A stretch of 64,000 nucleotides of DNA from contig NC_043023.1 of assembly GCF_006345805.1 (NCBI RefSeq), positions 7,378,001 through 7,442,000 on the forward strand. Direction: 5' to 3'. A model generated the notes under the pieces. The model was not told where the DNA came from. It saw only the letters and a program-made list of their open reading frames with translations, and did not search any database. This document shows, piece after piece, positions 1 through 12,846 of the stretch. The stretch comes from Octopus sinensis (taxonomy: Eukaryota). The translations under genes and the position numbers were made by a program. Position 1 is the stretch's first letter. The number at the start of each line of letters is the position of its first letter.

Positions 1-140
1 TTAGTCGAGCAAATCGACCCCGGGACTTATTCTTTGTAAGCCCAGTACTTATTCTACCGGTCTCTTTGGCCGAACCACTAAGTGACGGGGACGTAAACAC
101 ACCTGCATCAGGTGTCAAGCAATGCTAGGGGGACAAACAC
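1..140 (-). mobile_element. SINE family A, 3' half (cut by the window edge)
   Basis: Reverse complement matches the 3' half of full-length copies at 50555-50965 and 51670-52080 (GAATAAGTACTGGGCTTACAAAGAATAAGTCCCGGGGTCGATTTGCTCGACTAA). Confidence 0.85.
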
Positions 141-249
<109 letters not shown>

Positions 250-1225
250 TCTTTATCACTACTGTCCCCAATCAAAATCTTCCAGCCCGCCATTCGCTAA
301 CCGCGTGTTCTTTCCTCCTCAAAATTCTTAAAATTTTTTTTAAATGCCTCGGTATGAAGATATTTCGTTCGTCCTCCGCCATTACTTTCAATCGTCTTTC
401 CAACCCACTTCCGGTGAACCTATATAAATAATCACCTCGTGTGCTTCTCTTTCATTCACCCTCACAGCGATGATCATAGCAAGCAAGCTAAGAATTCTCA
501 TTTCATTTCTTCCGACTCTTGTACTACACACATACATTTGCCGCTAACCCTTAAATGTTCGAATCTATTCACTAATTCTGCTTGTTCTTAAAATATAACC
601 CTTTAATTTGTTTAATCCCTCGGTACCAAGTTAATTTGTTCGTTACTCTGTTCATTTCTTCAAACCCCGATTGTTTAAGTCTTTATCACTACTGTCCCCA
701 ATCAAAAGCTTCGCAGCCCGCCATTCGCGGTTCGCCCGCCCTCCCACCCCCACCACCCATACCGGAGAACACTCTGTTTACACCATCCTCACCGGATATC
801 CCCTCTACCACCGCCACCACTACGTGTGTCTGTTCCTCCTACCCCTCCTCCTCAATATACTTTCTCACTATGTATTTTACCCCTGCCTATCTCCCCCTGG
901 ACAGAAGCAGCTAGCGCCGCAGCTCATCAAACGTCCCACTTAACCTGTTATCTTATGTTCCTCCTGTTTTGAAATGTGTCACTGCCTCAACCGGCTATCT
1001 CCTTCCAGCCCCCTCCCCACTCGTGATATCCTACGTTTTACTTCCTACTTTTCATTCTGTCTAGAACCTGCCACCAACCCTACCTGTCATCGTTTCTCTT
1101 TACCCCAAACCTTCCCCACTGGTGCTCCCCTATATTACATGCACCCTTCCCCCCACTCTCTCTCCCTCTCTCCTCTCTGCCGGAACCCTTCCCCCCTGCC
1201 GCAATGCAACGAAAAAAGACAATAA

Positions 1226-1450
1226 CCGATCGTGGCCGATGCCAGACCCCTCTGGCACCTGTGCAGGTGGCACGTAAAAAGCACCCACTACACTCGCGGA
1301 GTGGTTGGCGTTAGGAAGGGCATCCAGCTGTAGAAACACTGCCAGATCAGACTGGAGCCTGGGGCAGCCCCTGGCTCCCCAGACCCCGGTCAAACCGTCC
1401 AACCCGTGCTGGCGCGGAAAACGGACGTTAAACGATGATGATGATGATGA
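1226..1450 (+). mobile_element. 5'-truncated RTE LINE 3' UTR with (GAT)n tail
   Basis: Matches the 3' UTR of the RTE at 40340-40557 (GGCACGTAAAAAGCACCCACTACACTC...GGAAAACGGACGTTAAACGATGATG). Confidence 0.85.
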
Positions 1451-1461
1451 TATATATATAT

Positions 1462-1620
1462 ACGACAGGCTTCTTTCAGTTTCCGTCTACCAAATCCACT
1501 CGCAAGGCATTGGTCAGCCCGAGGCTATAGCAGAAGACACTTGCCCAAGATGACACGCAGTGGGACTGAACCCGGAACCATGTGGTTGGTTAGCAAGCTA
1601 CTTACCACACAGCCACTCCT
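1462..1620 (-). mobile_element. SINE family A, tRNA-like head plus CORE-like segment
   Basis: Minus strand reads GGAGTGGCTGTGTGGTAAG (A-box-like) ... GGTTCAGTCC (B-box-like) ... CTTGGGCAAGT. The CCTTGGGCAAG motif is typical of CORE-SINEs (established knowledge); the family name was not verified. Confidence 0.8.
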
Positions 1621-2266
1621 TGCTTTGCACTATTTCGAGTGTTACTATATTGTGATTGGGATCTTTTCATTTCCAAGGCCTGATTGTCAGATTTTTCTAG
1701 TTAACTAAATAATTTGAAACTTCGTATACTGGTAGAGTGTCTAAAAAGAAAACACTAGTTTCAACTTGTTTTTTTTGAGAAAAATGTATTTTATAAGTTT
1801 AAACGTAGTTTAAATCTGCGAATTTTAACCAATCGTATTGCACTAACGTTTGATTTACTGTAACAGTATCAGACCTGTTTTTTACGTGTTTATTGAATCG
1901 AGGAAAAGTTCCCCTCCACTATGTGATCTAAATGTTGCACTACATGTTATACCTTGCTGTTGTTAAAAAATAAACAAAATACCACGTCACTGACTTTACC
2001 TCGGGGAAAATAATAAAACAGCTGTTTATTCATTTTGGGAGTGAACGGAGTTGTCAGAACGCTGGTTTGTAATCTATTAATAAAGTTTGACTGACCTATC
2101 CAACTGTTTTGTTGACATTCCTTTCAGCGCAGCTCCATCTAACGGATGCATAACGTAACCCCAGCCCCTACTGTAGCATCTAGTCTATGCGGGGCGTCTT
2201 ATATATGGACAAAGTTTTAAAATAGGCCATTCATTGAAGATGCGCCTTATAACCCGGTGCGCCTTA

Positions 2267-2403
2267 ACTCTAGTGCTAAAAATAGCTCCTTTTTCTGGTA
2301 TAGCCACCAAAGTGGTTTCCACCAAGAAATGAGATTACCCTCAACGTAAGAAAAGTGAAATACAACGAAAAGATAGATTTTAATCTATTTTTAGCACTAG
2401 AGT
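2267..2403. mobile_element. 137-bp MITE with 19-bp TIRs and TA flanks
   Basis: ACTCTAGTGCTAAAAATAG ... CTATTTTTAGCACTAGAGT, with TA at 2265-2266 and 2404-2405. Confidence 0.7.
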
Positions 2404-2656
2404 TACCCACTTGGCGGTAACTCTCTTATATTTAAGTATAAATTTGTATTGTCTCCCTGGTTTTTTATGTGCTAAGCCACTTGGTGTTAAACTGATGTTA
2501 TTATCAAATTAATATCTACATTTTTCACCCTCATTTATGTATTGTTATATTTCGGAATGGTCATTTTGCCAGTTTAGCCAATAAAACACGCACTAATATT
2601 TGGTGTTATTTTGCTTCAGTGATATTTATTTTTTACATTAATCTTAATCTTATTTC

Positions 2657-2701
2657 GGCCAGAGTTCTTTCGTCACACTCCTGTGACCGCATCAGTGGTC
2701 C
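2657..2701 (-). ncRNA. Minimal type I hammerhead motif (A9C variant) in the 5' pLTR
   Basis: Reverse complement of the motif at 7584-7628. Confidence 0.65.
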
Positions 2702-3069
2702 TTTGTTTTCTTCTTACTTACTTGTGTCTCTCCTTACTAACCGTCAGCCATTTTGTATTTCTATTGTATGTCTTCATTTGCGCATGCTTATATCTCTATG
2801 TGCGTCTATGTTTATTTAGTGTGTGTGTGTGTGGGGGAATGTCTGTAATATTTGTATCTTCTGTTTATATACATTCATGTAATTTGTATTCTGATTTTGT
2901 TGTTGTTGCTTTTGTTCTAATTTTGTTCATGTGTTTACATCCACCCATTATTATCATTACATATGCTTGTATGTATGTATAACAACAATATTAGTAATAA
3001 TAATAATAAATCTAATCGAAAAAAAAAATATATATATATATACATACATATACACATATATATACAAAT

Positions 3070-3133
3070 GGCGGTGCCCCAGCATGGCCACAGCTCATAA
3101 GCTGAAACTAGAATCAATCATCAATCAATCAAT
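3070..3133 (+). mobile_element. Ultra-short CR1-like LINE 3' tail with (AATC)n
   Basis: GGCGGTGCCCCAGCATGGCCACAGCTCATAAGCTGAAACTAG matches the tail of the LINE at 7971-8020 (-); it is absent from the 3' pLTR. Confidence 0.75.
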
Positions 3134-3370
3134 CTTATACACATACACATATATATATACACATATACATACATATATATATATATATATACATATACAT
3201 ACACATACATACACATACATACATAGATATATATATACATATATATAGTTATTCATTTCTATTTGTTTATTTATCTGTGTATTTATTTACTATGTTTTCG
3301 GGATCCTCCATCGTCATATGTTGTGGTGTGTGCTATTGCTCCATTCTAGTTTTCTATTCAGGCTTGCAAG

Positions 3371-6300
3371 ATGCTGAAGAACACTATATTTTGTTGCCTA
3401 AAGAAAACTGTGACAACGCAACAGCTTCGTTTTATAAAACAATGTGTCTCGTCCAGAATATGTATCAACAAGGTCACAGCCAACGTTAAACGGCTTGACC
3501 TCACTAACGGACAAGCGGAAAGACTAAAAAGGACGCTAATGGTAAATATTAGAAATAGAATTACAGAGAGCTGAGCGAACAAGAGAAGCGTAAACGTATA
3601 TTTTTAAAAGAAATTAAAAGTATCACCACACGAAGAAAACAGACATGTAATACACCAATGCAATATCCATTTTAAGAGGAAGTTATCGTGGTTGAAACAG
3701 AAATGACAATATGAGCTCGCAAAGGAAGAAAAACAGAAATATCCAGATACAATAAATGGAATTATTATGGAAGATGTGCTACTACCAGAAGAGTTCAATA
3801 AAGACAATGAAGCGAACATCTATGGGGGAGTAACATCGGACCCAGACGAAATATCGATACTTCAACTACCACCAAAGTATGCAATGTATAGTAAGGTGAA
3901 TACCATCAAATGCCTGTCCGAAATTGAAAAGTCGTTCACAAAAATACGTTGGAATTTAAATAGATACAATGACAACAACAACGCGAAAAACACTAACCGC
4001 ACAACAACAACACAAACAATAATGACCCTCAGCAATAACAACCGTAGCAACAAAAGCAACAAGAATCCTAACAGCGGCAACAACAAAACAATAGAAAAAA
4101 TGAATGCATAGACACAAACAATAGATACAAAAACAAAAATACAAACAAAGAGAAAAATCGTATACAACAGCAACAATAACAACAATTATAGGGAGAACCG
4201 GCACACAAACACACACAGATAGCCATAGTCACAAAGACACGAATAAAAGTTGTGTCATAGGGGTCACGATGGAGAATAAAGTTGAATGCAACAGGATCCT
4301 TGGACAGGGAGTCGGCAGACTTGAAACAGATAACAATACTCATAGGAACAAAAATAACAACCACAACAGGGGGAATAACAGGGACCAACAGACAGACATA
4401 AAACCCAACACTAATATGAACAACACATACACCAGAAACAGGAACAATGAATATATCACTAGCGATGATAGTAATAATGGCAATGGTAGGAATAAAGGTA
4501 ATAACAATAATAGTGGTAGTAATGGTGGTGATGGTAACAGTAGAAGTAGTAATGAGGATAGTAGTGGTAGTAATAGGAATAATAGTAGTAGTGGTAATGG
4601 TGATAATAATAATAGGAAGGCTGATGTTGGAAACAGTAACGATAATGAAGATAACCCTAGAGAGACCATTGACATGTATACCCATCCCTTTGACACTCAA
4701 TTCTTCAACGTATGCGACAAAACTTACTGCATGAACTGGATTTATCCAACAACATTACCCTTCAACAAAAGATTATACATCCCAAGACGTACTAATGACC
4801 ATATGGAAGCACAGTTCACTATAGCTAGGACCAAACTTAGACAGATTTTAGGATTATTCACTAAGAGACAGAGACAGAATAAGACAGAGGCCCAACAACT
4901 CGGGATTAAACCTGCATGTAGCCTACATAAGCTCATTCAGCGCACGAGGAACGGAGAGGTGATATGCCTTCCCACAGATAAATCCGGCAGGATGTCAATA
5001 GACAGCTTACCGAACTACATCCAGGCAATGCAACCTCATATCGCCAATACAAAAATAACAACTGTACAGGTGCATGAGGAGAGAGAAAAGGTCCTCAATG
5101 CCCACATGATGATGTGGACAATTGTTCTGGGACCCCAGAAACGTACTGCAAAGAATTTCCAAGCCTGGAACAATGATATCCCGGCACTGTATGGACTTCG
5201 CAAGGACCATAAAGTTTTTACTGACCCTATAGCAGGACCACCAACAAGACCAGTCTGTGGAGCGAATATCGCTAGCAACTACAAAATCTCCTACTTTCTC
5301 TCAATGATCATACGCCCTATAATCCGGATGTCACCTGATGTTTGTGACAGCACAGAAGATCTCCTAAGCAGAATCAGTGACTGTAACAAAACTTGTGACT
5401 TGACAGGATGTATAGTAGGTAGCATGGATGTGGTATCCCTATACCCATCGATTGACGTAGATTTTGCAGTGGAGAAGTGCGTGGAGATGATCAACGAGAG
5501 CCAGGTGGAGTTCTGTAATGTCAACACAGAAGAACTGGGCCTCCTACTTAGACTGACATATAATAAGGAATATTTAGGTAAACATAATCTTAGTAGTTTC
5601 TGCCCCAGTAGATGTTTAAGAGGTAGACCGCCTACAATTTCTTCTATGGCTAGGAAGACACATGTTGAAAGATGGCGCGGATGGACCAGAGCCATACGGA
5701 GCGCCGCAAATGTCCATCAGGTAAAGAATAGATCGCACATGCACTAGGAGCTAGTATAAGAGTACCCTAAAAGCCACACATTTAAATTTAATAATAAAAT
5801 ATATGCCCAGGACGAGGGGGCAGCCATCGGTGTTAGTATCGCTGGTGATGTGGCCAACCTTTTCATGGTATGGTGGGACAGAAGGCTTAAAGAACGCCTA
5901 CTGCAGAAATCCATACTTGTAACCATGTACTCTCCTATGTTGATGATATCAACATAGTGGTAAAGGCACCCCCACAAGAGAGTAATGTTGATATAGTAAT
6001 AGAAACTAATACTATGGAGAGCATCCAGCAAATAGCTAACTCCATCCACCAGAGTATTAAGGTCACAATAGACTACCCCACTAAACACACCCAACCATAA
6101 ACTACCATAATAGACACTAAACTCTGGCTAGAAATTGGTAATAATAAAACCCAAATCCTTCATTATACTATGCAAAAACTATGGCCTCAAATACTGATCC
6201 ACCGGAACTCAGCCATTGCGGGCAATGCCAAATTCAATATTTTGATGGCAGATCTCGTCAGAATAATGAGAAATGTGTCACGCATGTGCGAGCCTATAGA

Positions 6301-7061
6301 ATTAAGAGACACATACAGTATTTCATTCACCGCATGCAGTTCTCAGGTTACAGCCATAAGAAAGGACCAGAGTATACATAGGAGCCATGAAGAAATTTGA
6401 TAATATATTATGTAATGATAGGAATGGGATTTGCCCACTCTATAGGAACAAGTCATGGAACACTATAGAAAGGACAAAAAAGAAAATAGGGAAGGCCAAC
6501 CCTGGTATGATAGCCATAAATACCAGAGTGTCATGTTCGTTGACACACCCCTGGAGTGAACTGGCGTACCGCTTTAGAAGGACCCTAGATAACTTAAACT
6601 AAGAATTAGGTTGTTGAAAAGCCAGGCAACCTATCAAATCTATAATTGGTAGAACCTATCCTTTTAGTAGAACCCCCTGTACGGATAAGTACTGTACTGT
6701 ATGTAGATTTAGCCCACAAACAAACTGTAAAGCCAGAAATGTAGTCTATAGTATAAGATGTATAGAGGGACGATGCAGTAAAACAGACAATAACATACGT
6801 AGGGGAAACGGCAAGAAGCATAGGAGAGCGGGTGAATGAACATTGGACACAACTCAAGGAAGTAAAAGCTCATCGATTCTGTACCAACACGCCGAACAGG
6901 AACCGGGGGATCAATCAATAACATAGAGACTAAGATATTGTCCACACATAGAACAGATGCAACAATTACAAATTACAGAAGCTACACATATAATAGAAAA
7001 AAATAAACCTAGCCTGAATAGAAAACTAGAATGGAGCAATAGCACACACCACAACATATGA
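3371..7061 (+). pseudogene. PLE polyprotein: reverse transcriptase + C-terminal GIY-YIG endonuclease, multiple frameshifts and stops
   Basis: PLE RT motifs PTDKSG, LYGLRKDHK, TRPVCG, SMDVVSLYPSI (ORF 4269-5747); then, in shifted frames, IYAQDEGAAIG and YVDD (about 5800-5950), the thumb region SAIAGNAKFNIL (about 6200), and GIY-YIG VVYSIRC...YVGETARSIGERVNEH...PSLNRKLEW (about 6740-7035). Stop TGA at 7059-7061. Confidence 0.9.
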
Positions 7062-7224
7062 CGATGGAGGATCCCGAAAACATAGTAAATAAATACACAG
7101 ATAAATAAACAAATAAATGAATAACTATATATATGTATATATATCTATGTATGTATGTGTATATATATGTATATATATATATATGTATGTATATGTGTAT
7201 GTGTATATGTGTATGTGTATATGT

Positions 7225-7264
<40 letters not shown>

Positions 7265-7744
7265 TTTTCGATTAGATTTATTATTATTATTACTAATTTG
7301 TTGTTTACATACATACAAGCATATGTAATGATAATAATGGGTGGATGTAAAACACATGAACAAAATTAGAACAAAAGCAACAACAACAAAATCAGAATAC
7401 AAATTACATGAATGTATATAAACAGGAAGATACAAATATTACAGACATTCCCCCACACACACACACTAAATAAACATAGACGCACATAGAGATTAAGCAT
7501 GCGCAAATGAAGACATACAATAGAAATACAAAATGCTGACGGTTAGTAAGGGGGGAGACACAAATAAGTAAGAAGAAAACAAAGGACCACTGATGCGGTC
7601 ACAGGAGTGTGACGAAAGAACTCTGGCCGAAATAAGATTAAGATTAATGTAAAAAATAAATATCACTGAAGCAAAATAACACCAATATATAGTGCGTGTG
7701 TTTTATTGGCTAAACTGGCAAAAATACCATTCCGAAATATAACA
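7011..7744 (+). repeat. 3' pseudo-LTR
   Basis: Begins inside the endonuclease C-terminus; contains an internal microsatellite and a hammerhead motif. Confidence 0.92.
7584..7628 (+). ncRNA. Minimal type I hammerhead motif (A9C variant)
   Basis: GGACCA-CTGATGC-G-GTCACA[GGAG]TGTGAC-GAAA-GAAC-TC^TGGCC: stem I, core with A9->C, 6-bp stem II, GAAA, vestigial stem III; predicted cut after 7623. Confidence 0.65.
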
Positions 7745-7759
7745 TATATATATATAATA

Positions 7760-7799
<40 letters not shown>

Positions 7800-7970
7800 A
7801 TATATATGTATATATATATATATATATGTATATATATAATGTATATATATATATATGTAATATATATATATATATATGTATATATATATGTATATATATT
7901 ATATGTATATATATATATATATATATGTATATGTATATATATTATATATATATATATTATATATATATGA

Positions 7971-10255
7971 TTTTTTGATTTAGTTTCAGCTAATGAGCTG
8001 TGGCCATGCTGGGGAACTGGCCATTTGGTTTGCTACACGTTTTACCTCACGGATGCTTTTTAGCAAACGCCATCTGATGCATGAGAGAGTTCGATGCAGC
8101 TGCCCTCATCTGTGCCTCCTGCCGTGAAGTTGGTTCATCCGAGACACCCGACAGGAAGAGATCCAGTCCTACTTTAAAGACATCCGCATCTACACCATGC
8201 AGGTCCCTCAGGTTCTTCGGGAGGATATTGAAGAGCCGTGGGCCTCTGAAGCCCAGGCTATCACAAATATCTTGTCCTACATCTTGATGGCAAATTTGGA
8301 GTCCTTGGTACTACGCAGTGGCGTCCGGTTCTGGCATTTGTGTGACTCTCGATGCCAAAGTCTGGGGCAAGACCTTCCAGGATCTTCCAGATATATATTA
8401 TGGTATATCTTCTTTCTCGCTACGCTCCAGGGAATAGAGCTTTAATCTCTTGAGTCTCTCCAGTAGCTCATATGCTGCACAGAGGCTATCTTCTTCGTGT
8501 AGCTTCGTGTGGATCGCCTCATGTTCTGTGATCAACTTGACACGAATGGTGACCATAGCTGAGAGCAATAGTCAAAAAGTGGGCTTAGGAACAAGTGTCT
8601 TCCAGAGGACCATCATGGTTTCTTGTTCTCTTTTCTCTAAAGGTTCTAAGAATCAAGCCAGCCACCGTCTACATTTCATTGTCAGTTTAGCAACATGTAC
8701 ATGAAAGGTCGCGTCATCACTCATGTGAATACCCAGGTCACGCACTGATTGTGCCTCTGGGATTGCAATCCCTCCGGGTCCAGTGTATTCATTGGGTATT
8801 GGCATTCAGTTTGCATGCTGATAGTATAAAGCTTGAAACTTTTCAGCATTGAACTGCATGCTATTCTTTCAGCCCACTTGTATATTTCGTCCAGCTCACA
8901 TTGCAGGTGCTTAGTGTCTTCAGGGTTCTGTATTGCCTGTGAAACTTTTGTATCATCTGCATAACTTGTGATCGTGGCTCTCTGCGTGACTGAGGGCATG
9001 TCTGAGAGGGCCATTATGAACAGTAGTGGTCCAAAACAGTGCCCTGCGAACACCGCTCACTATTGCGTGTTAATGGAAGTGGCCCCATTGGCTGCTACCA
9101 CCTGACTTCTATCCTTCAGAAAGTCATGAAGCCATTCTCCCAGTTTTCCAACTATGCCAAGATCACGCAGTTTTGTGACATATCATTCCATGATCAACTT
9201 TATCGAAGGCCTTTGCAAAGTCGAGATATATGACTTCCACATTAGAGTTTGAGCAGTTGTTTCAGCACCCAGTCATAGTGCTGCAGGAGCTGAGTTAAGC
9301 AGCTTTCTTCCTGGTTGGAAACCAGTTGGGTGTCAGGCAGCAAGTCATTTTCTTCAAGGAAGGTGATTAGTTTCCTTCTGACTATTCGTTCGTCCATGAC
9401 ATTGCTGATGTGTGAGGTGAGGAGAGATAGGTCTGTAGTTCTTGGCCTCCGCTCTGCTACCTCCTTTATGAATAGGGCATATTTTACCTTCCTTCAGTTT
9501 TCTTGGAAGTTGCCAGCTGCAAGGAGCTCTGAAAGAGGAACTGCAGTGGTCTTGCTAGGACTTCTTACATACTTTTAGGAAGATTGCCGGGAATCCATCG
9601 GGGCCAATAGCTGAGTCTGTTTTTCATTTCATCTATAGCCTTTATTACATCGTCTTCCTTTATATCGATGTAATTTATCGTCGCCCCTCTGATTCTATAT
9701 CTGCAGTGGTAAAGAAGTCAGTTGGATTGCTGATTTGGAAATGCCAAGGGGTGGAGTGGAAATACTCTGAATTGTTCATCAGTATTTCACTTACCCTCAT
9801 TGGTTTCCTGTGAGTGTGCCATCCTTTTCAAGGAGTGGCCCTATCCTACAGTGCACCGTAGCTGTTTCTTTGGCATACCTGTAGAAAGCTCAGGGGTTAG
9901 TTTTTATGTTGTCTATAGCCCAGGCTTCTTTGTCTGCTCTTTCCTTCTCATGGAGAGTTGCAGACAATTTTCAATTTCCAAGTTTTATTTTCAGGCGGTA
10001 CTTTTCACTGCTTTCAATTTGTTTGTTTAGGCGATTTGAAATTTTTGTACGCCGTCTCATTAAAATTTCCTCTCTCTGGGGATATTGTTCTTGTGTACAG
10101 TGGCCTTTCTCTCTGGGAACATTTATATAGCATATGGCTTGCAATACGGACATGAATTGTTGAAGTATCATGTCGATGTCCGGCGAGGAGAGACATTCAG
10201 GCCTTTTCTTTGAGGATCTCTTTCTCAATTGTTTCCAGTTTCCTTATTGAAGTTC
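7971..10255 (-). mobile_element. 5'-truncated, frameshifted CR1/L2-group LINE (ORF2 linker + RT + 3' tail)
   Basis: Minus-strand motifs NPKAFYRYAK, GFQPGRSCLTQLL, YLDFAKAFDKV, GPLLFIM, SYADDTK and GPRLFNILP...FKVGLDLFL..VSDEP...SNSL, followed by the tail CCCCAGCATGGCCACAGCTCATTAGCTGAAAC. Confidence 0.88.
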
Positions 10256-10260
10256 AAGCA

Positions 10261-10272
10261 GGAATATATATA

Positions 10273-10325
<53 letters not shown>

Positions 10326-10340
10326 TTAATATATTATATG

Positions 10341-10374
<34 letters not shown>

Positions 10375-10392
10375 AATAATATATATGTATGA

Positions 10393-10429
<37 letters not shown>

Positions 10430-10652
10430 ATATATACATATATGTATATATGTATATATATATATATGTATAATATATATATATATGTATATATATATAT
10501 ATGTATATATGTATATATATATATGTATAATATATATATATATATATATTATGTATATATATATATATATATATATATGTTATATATATATATATATATA
10601 TATATGTAATATATATATATTATATATGTATATATGTATATATATATATAGG

Positions 10653-10703
<51 letters not shown>

Positions 10704-10768
10704 TATATATCTGTGTATATATATATATGTATATATATATATGTATATATATATGTATATATATATGG

Positions 10769-10801
<33 letters not shown>

Positions 10802-11086
10802 GTATATATATGTATATATATATATATGCATATATATATGTATATATTATATATGTATTATATTATATATATATATGTATAGATATATATATGTATATAT
10901 ATTATATATTATTATATTATATGTATACATATATATATGTATATATATATATATATTGTATATATATTATATATGTATATATATGTAATATAAGTAATAT
11001 ATATATATGTAATGTATATATATATATATATATATGTATTATATATATATGTATATATAGGTATATATAAGTATATAGATATATGG

Positions 11087-11137
<51 letters not shown>

Positions 11138-11142
11138 TTGTA

Positions 11143-11173
<31 letters not shown>

Positions 11174-11578
11174 GTACAGATATGTATAATGTATATATAT
11201 GTATATATATATATAGTATAATTATATATAATATATATATATTGTATAATATATATATATATATATGTATATATATGTTTATATATGTATATATATTATA
11301 TATAGATATAGTATATATATGTTTATATATGTATATATATATATATATATTGTATATAATATGTTTTATAATGGTTATATATATATAATTGATATATATG
11401 TATATATATGTATATATATAGATATATGTTATATATATATGTATATATATATATAGATATGTATTATATATATATATATATATGTATATATATGTAGATA
11501 TATGTATATATATAGATATAACTATTATATATATGTATTATATATTTCTGTATATAGATATTGTATATTATATATATG

Positions 11579-11611
<33 letters not shown>

Positions 11612-11638
11612 TATATTGTATATATATATATATATGTA

Positions 11639-11673
<35 letters not shown>

Positions 11674-11722
11674 TATATGTATATTATATATATGTATATA
11701 TATATATATGTATATATATATA

Positions 11723-11761
<39 letters not shown>

Positions 11762-12028
11762 TATATGTATAATAATATATATATGTATATATATATATAA
11801 TGTATTATATATATATATATGTATATATATATGTATATGTATATATATATGTGTATATGTATAGATATATATGTATATGTATATAGATATATATATGTAT
11901 ATGTATATATTATTAGATGTATATTATATTATGTATAGATATTATATGTATATTGTAATATATATATGTTATATGTATATATATATATGTAATATATATA
12001 TAATATATATGTATATAGAATATATATG

Positions 12029-12082
<54 letters not shown>

Positions 12083-12126
12083 AGGTATATATATATGTTA
12101 TAGATATATATATATATACATATATG

Positions 12127-12159
<33 letters not shown>

Positions 12160-12300
12160 TATATGTATATATATATCTATATATGTATATATAATATATG
12201 TATATATATTATATATATATGTATATATATATATGTATATATATATATATACATATATGTATATATATATATATGTATATGTATATATATTATGTATATG

Positions 12301-12337
<37 letters not shown>

Positions 12338-12642
12338 GTATATATATATAAATATACATATATGTATATATATATATATGTATATGTATATATAATATGT
12401 ATATGTATATATATATAAGTATATGTATATATATATATATCTATATATATTATAGTTATATATGTATATATATATATATGTATATATGTATATATATATA
12501 TGTATATATATATATGTATATATATATATATGTAATATATATATATATATGTATATTTATATATGTATATATATATTAATATATGTTATTATATATATAT
12601 ATATATACATATACATATTAATACATATAGATATTATTATAC

Positions 12643-12711
<69 letters not shown>

Positions 12712-12846
12712 CATATATTATATTATACATATATATATATTATATATACATATATATATCATATATACATTATATATATATATATAACATATCTAATACT
12801 ATTATATATATATACATATATATATATATATCTATATATGTATATA
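10261..12846. repeat. About 2.6-kb impure (TA)n tract
   Basis: Direct inspection. Confidence 0.97.

Larger units (their letters stand above)
2543..3364 (-). repeat. Inverted pseudo-LTR (5' copy)
   Basis: Reverse complement of 7011-7744 apart from microsatellite length and a short LINE-tail insertion at 3070-3133. Confidence 0.92.
2543..7744 (+). mobile_element. Penelope-like retroelement (PLE), near full length, with inverted 5' pseudo-LTR
   Basis: Terminal inverted repeats 2543-3364 and 7011-7744 enclose a disrupted RT + GIY-YIG ORF. The 3' repeat overlaps the ORF end and carries a hammerhead motif, which is the canonical PLE architecture. Confidence 0.92.

Noticed and set aside
1625-2265. 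Probable old DNA-transposon fragments (including GCGCCTTATA repeats at about 2240-2265)
   Set aside because: No termini or target duplications could be defined from this window.
4068-4700. Hydrophobic Ile/Thr/Val/Leu-rich minus-strand ORFs
   Set aside because: Antisense shadows of the Asn-rich PLE linker.
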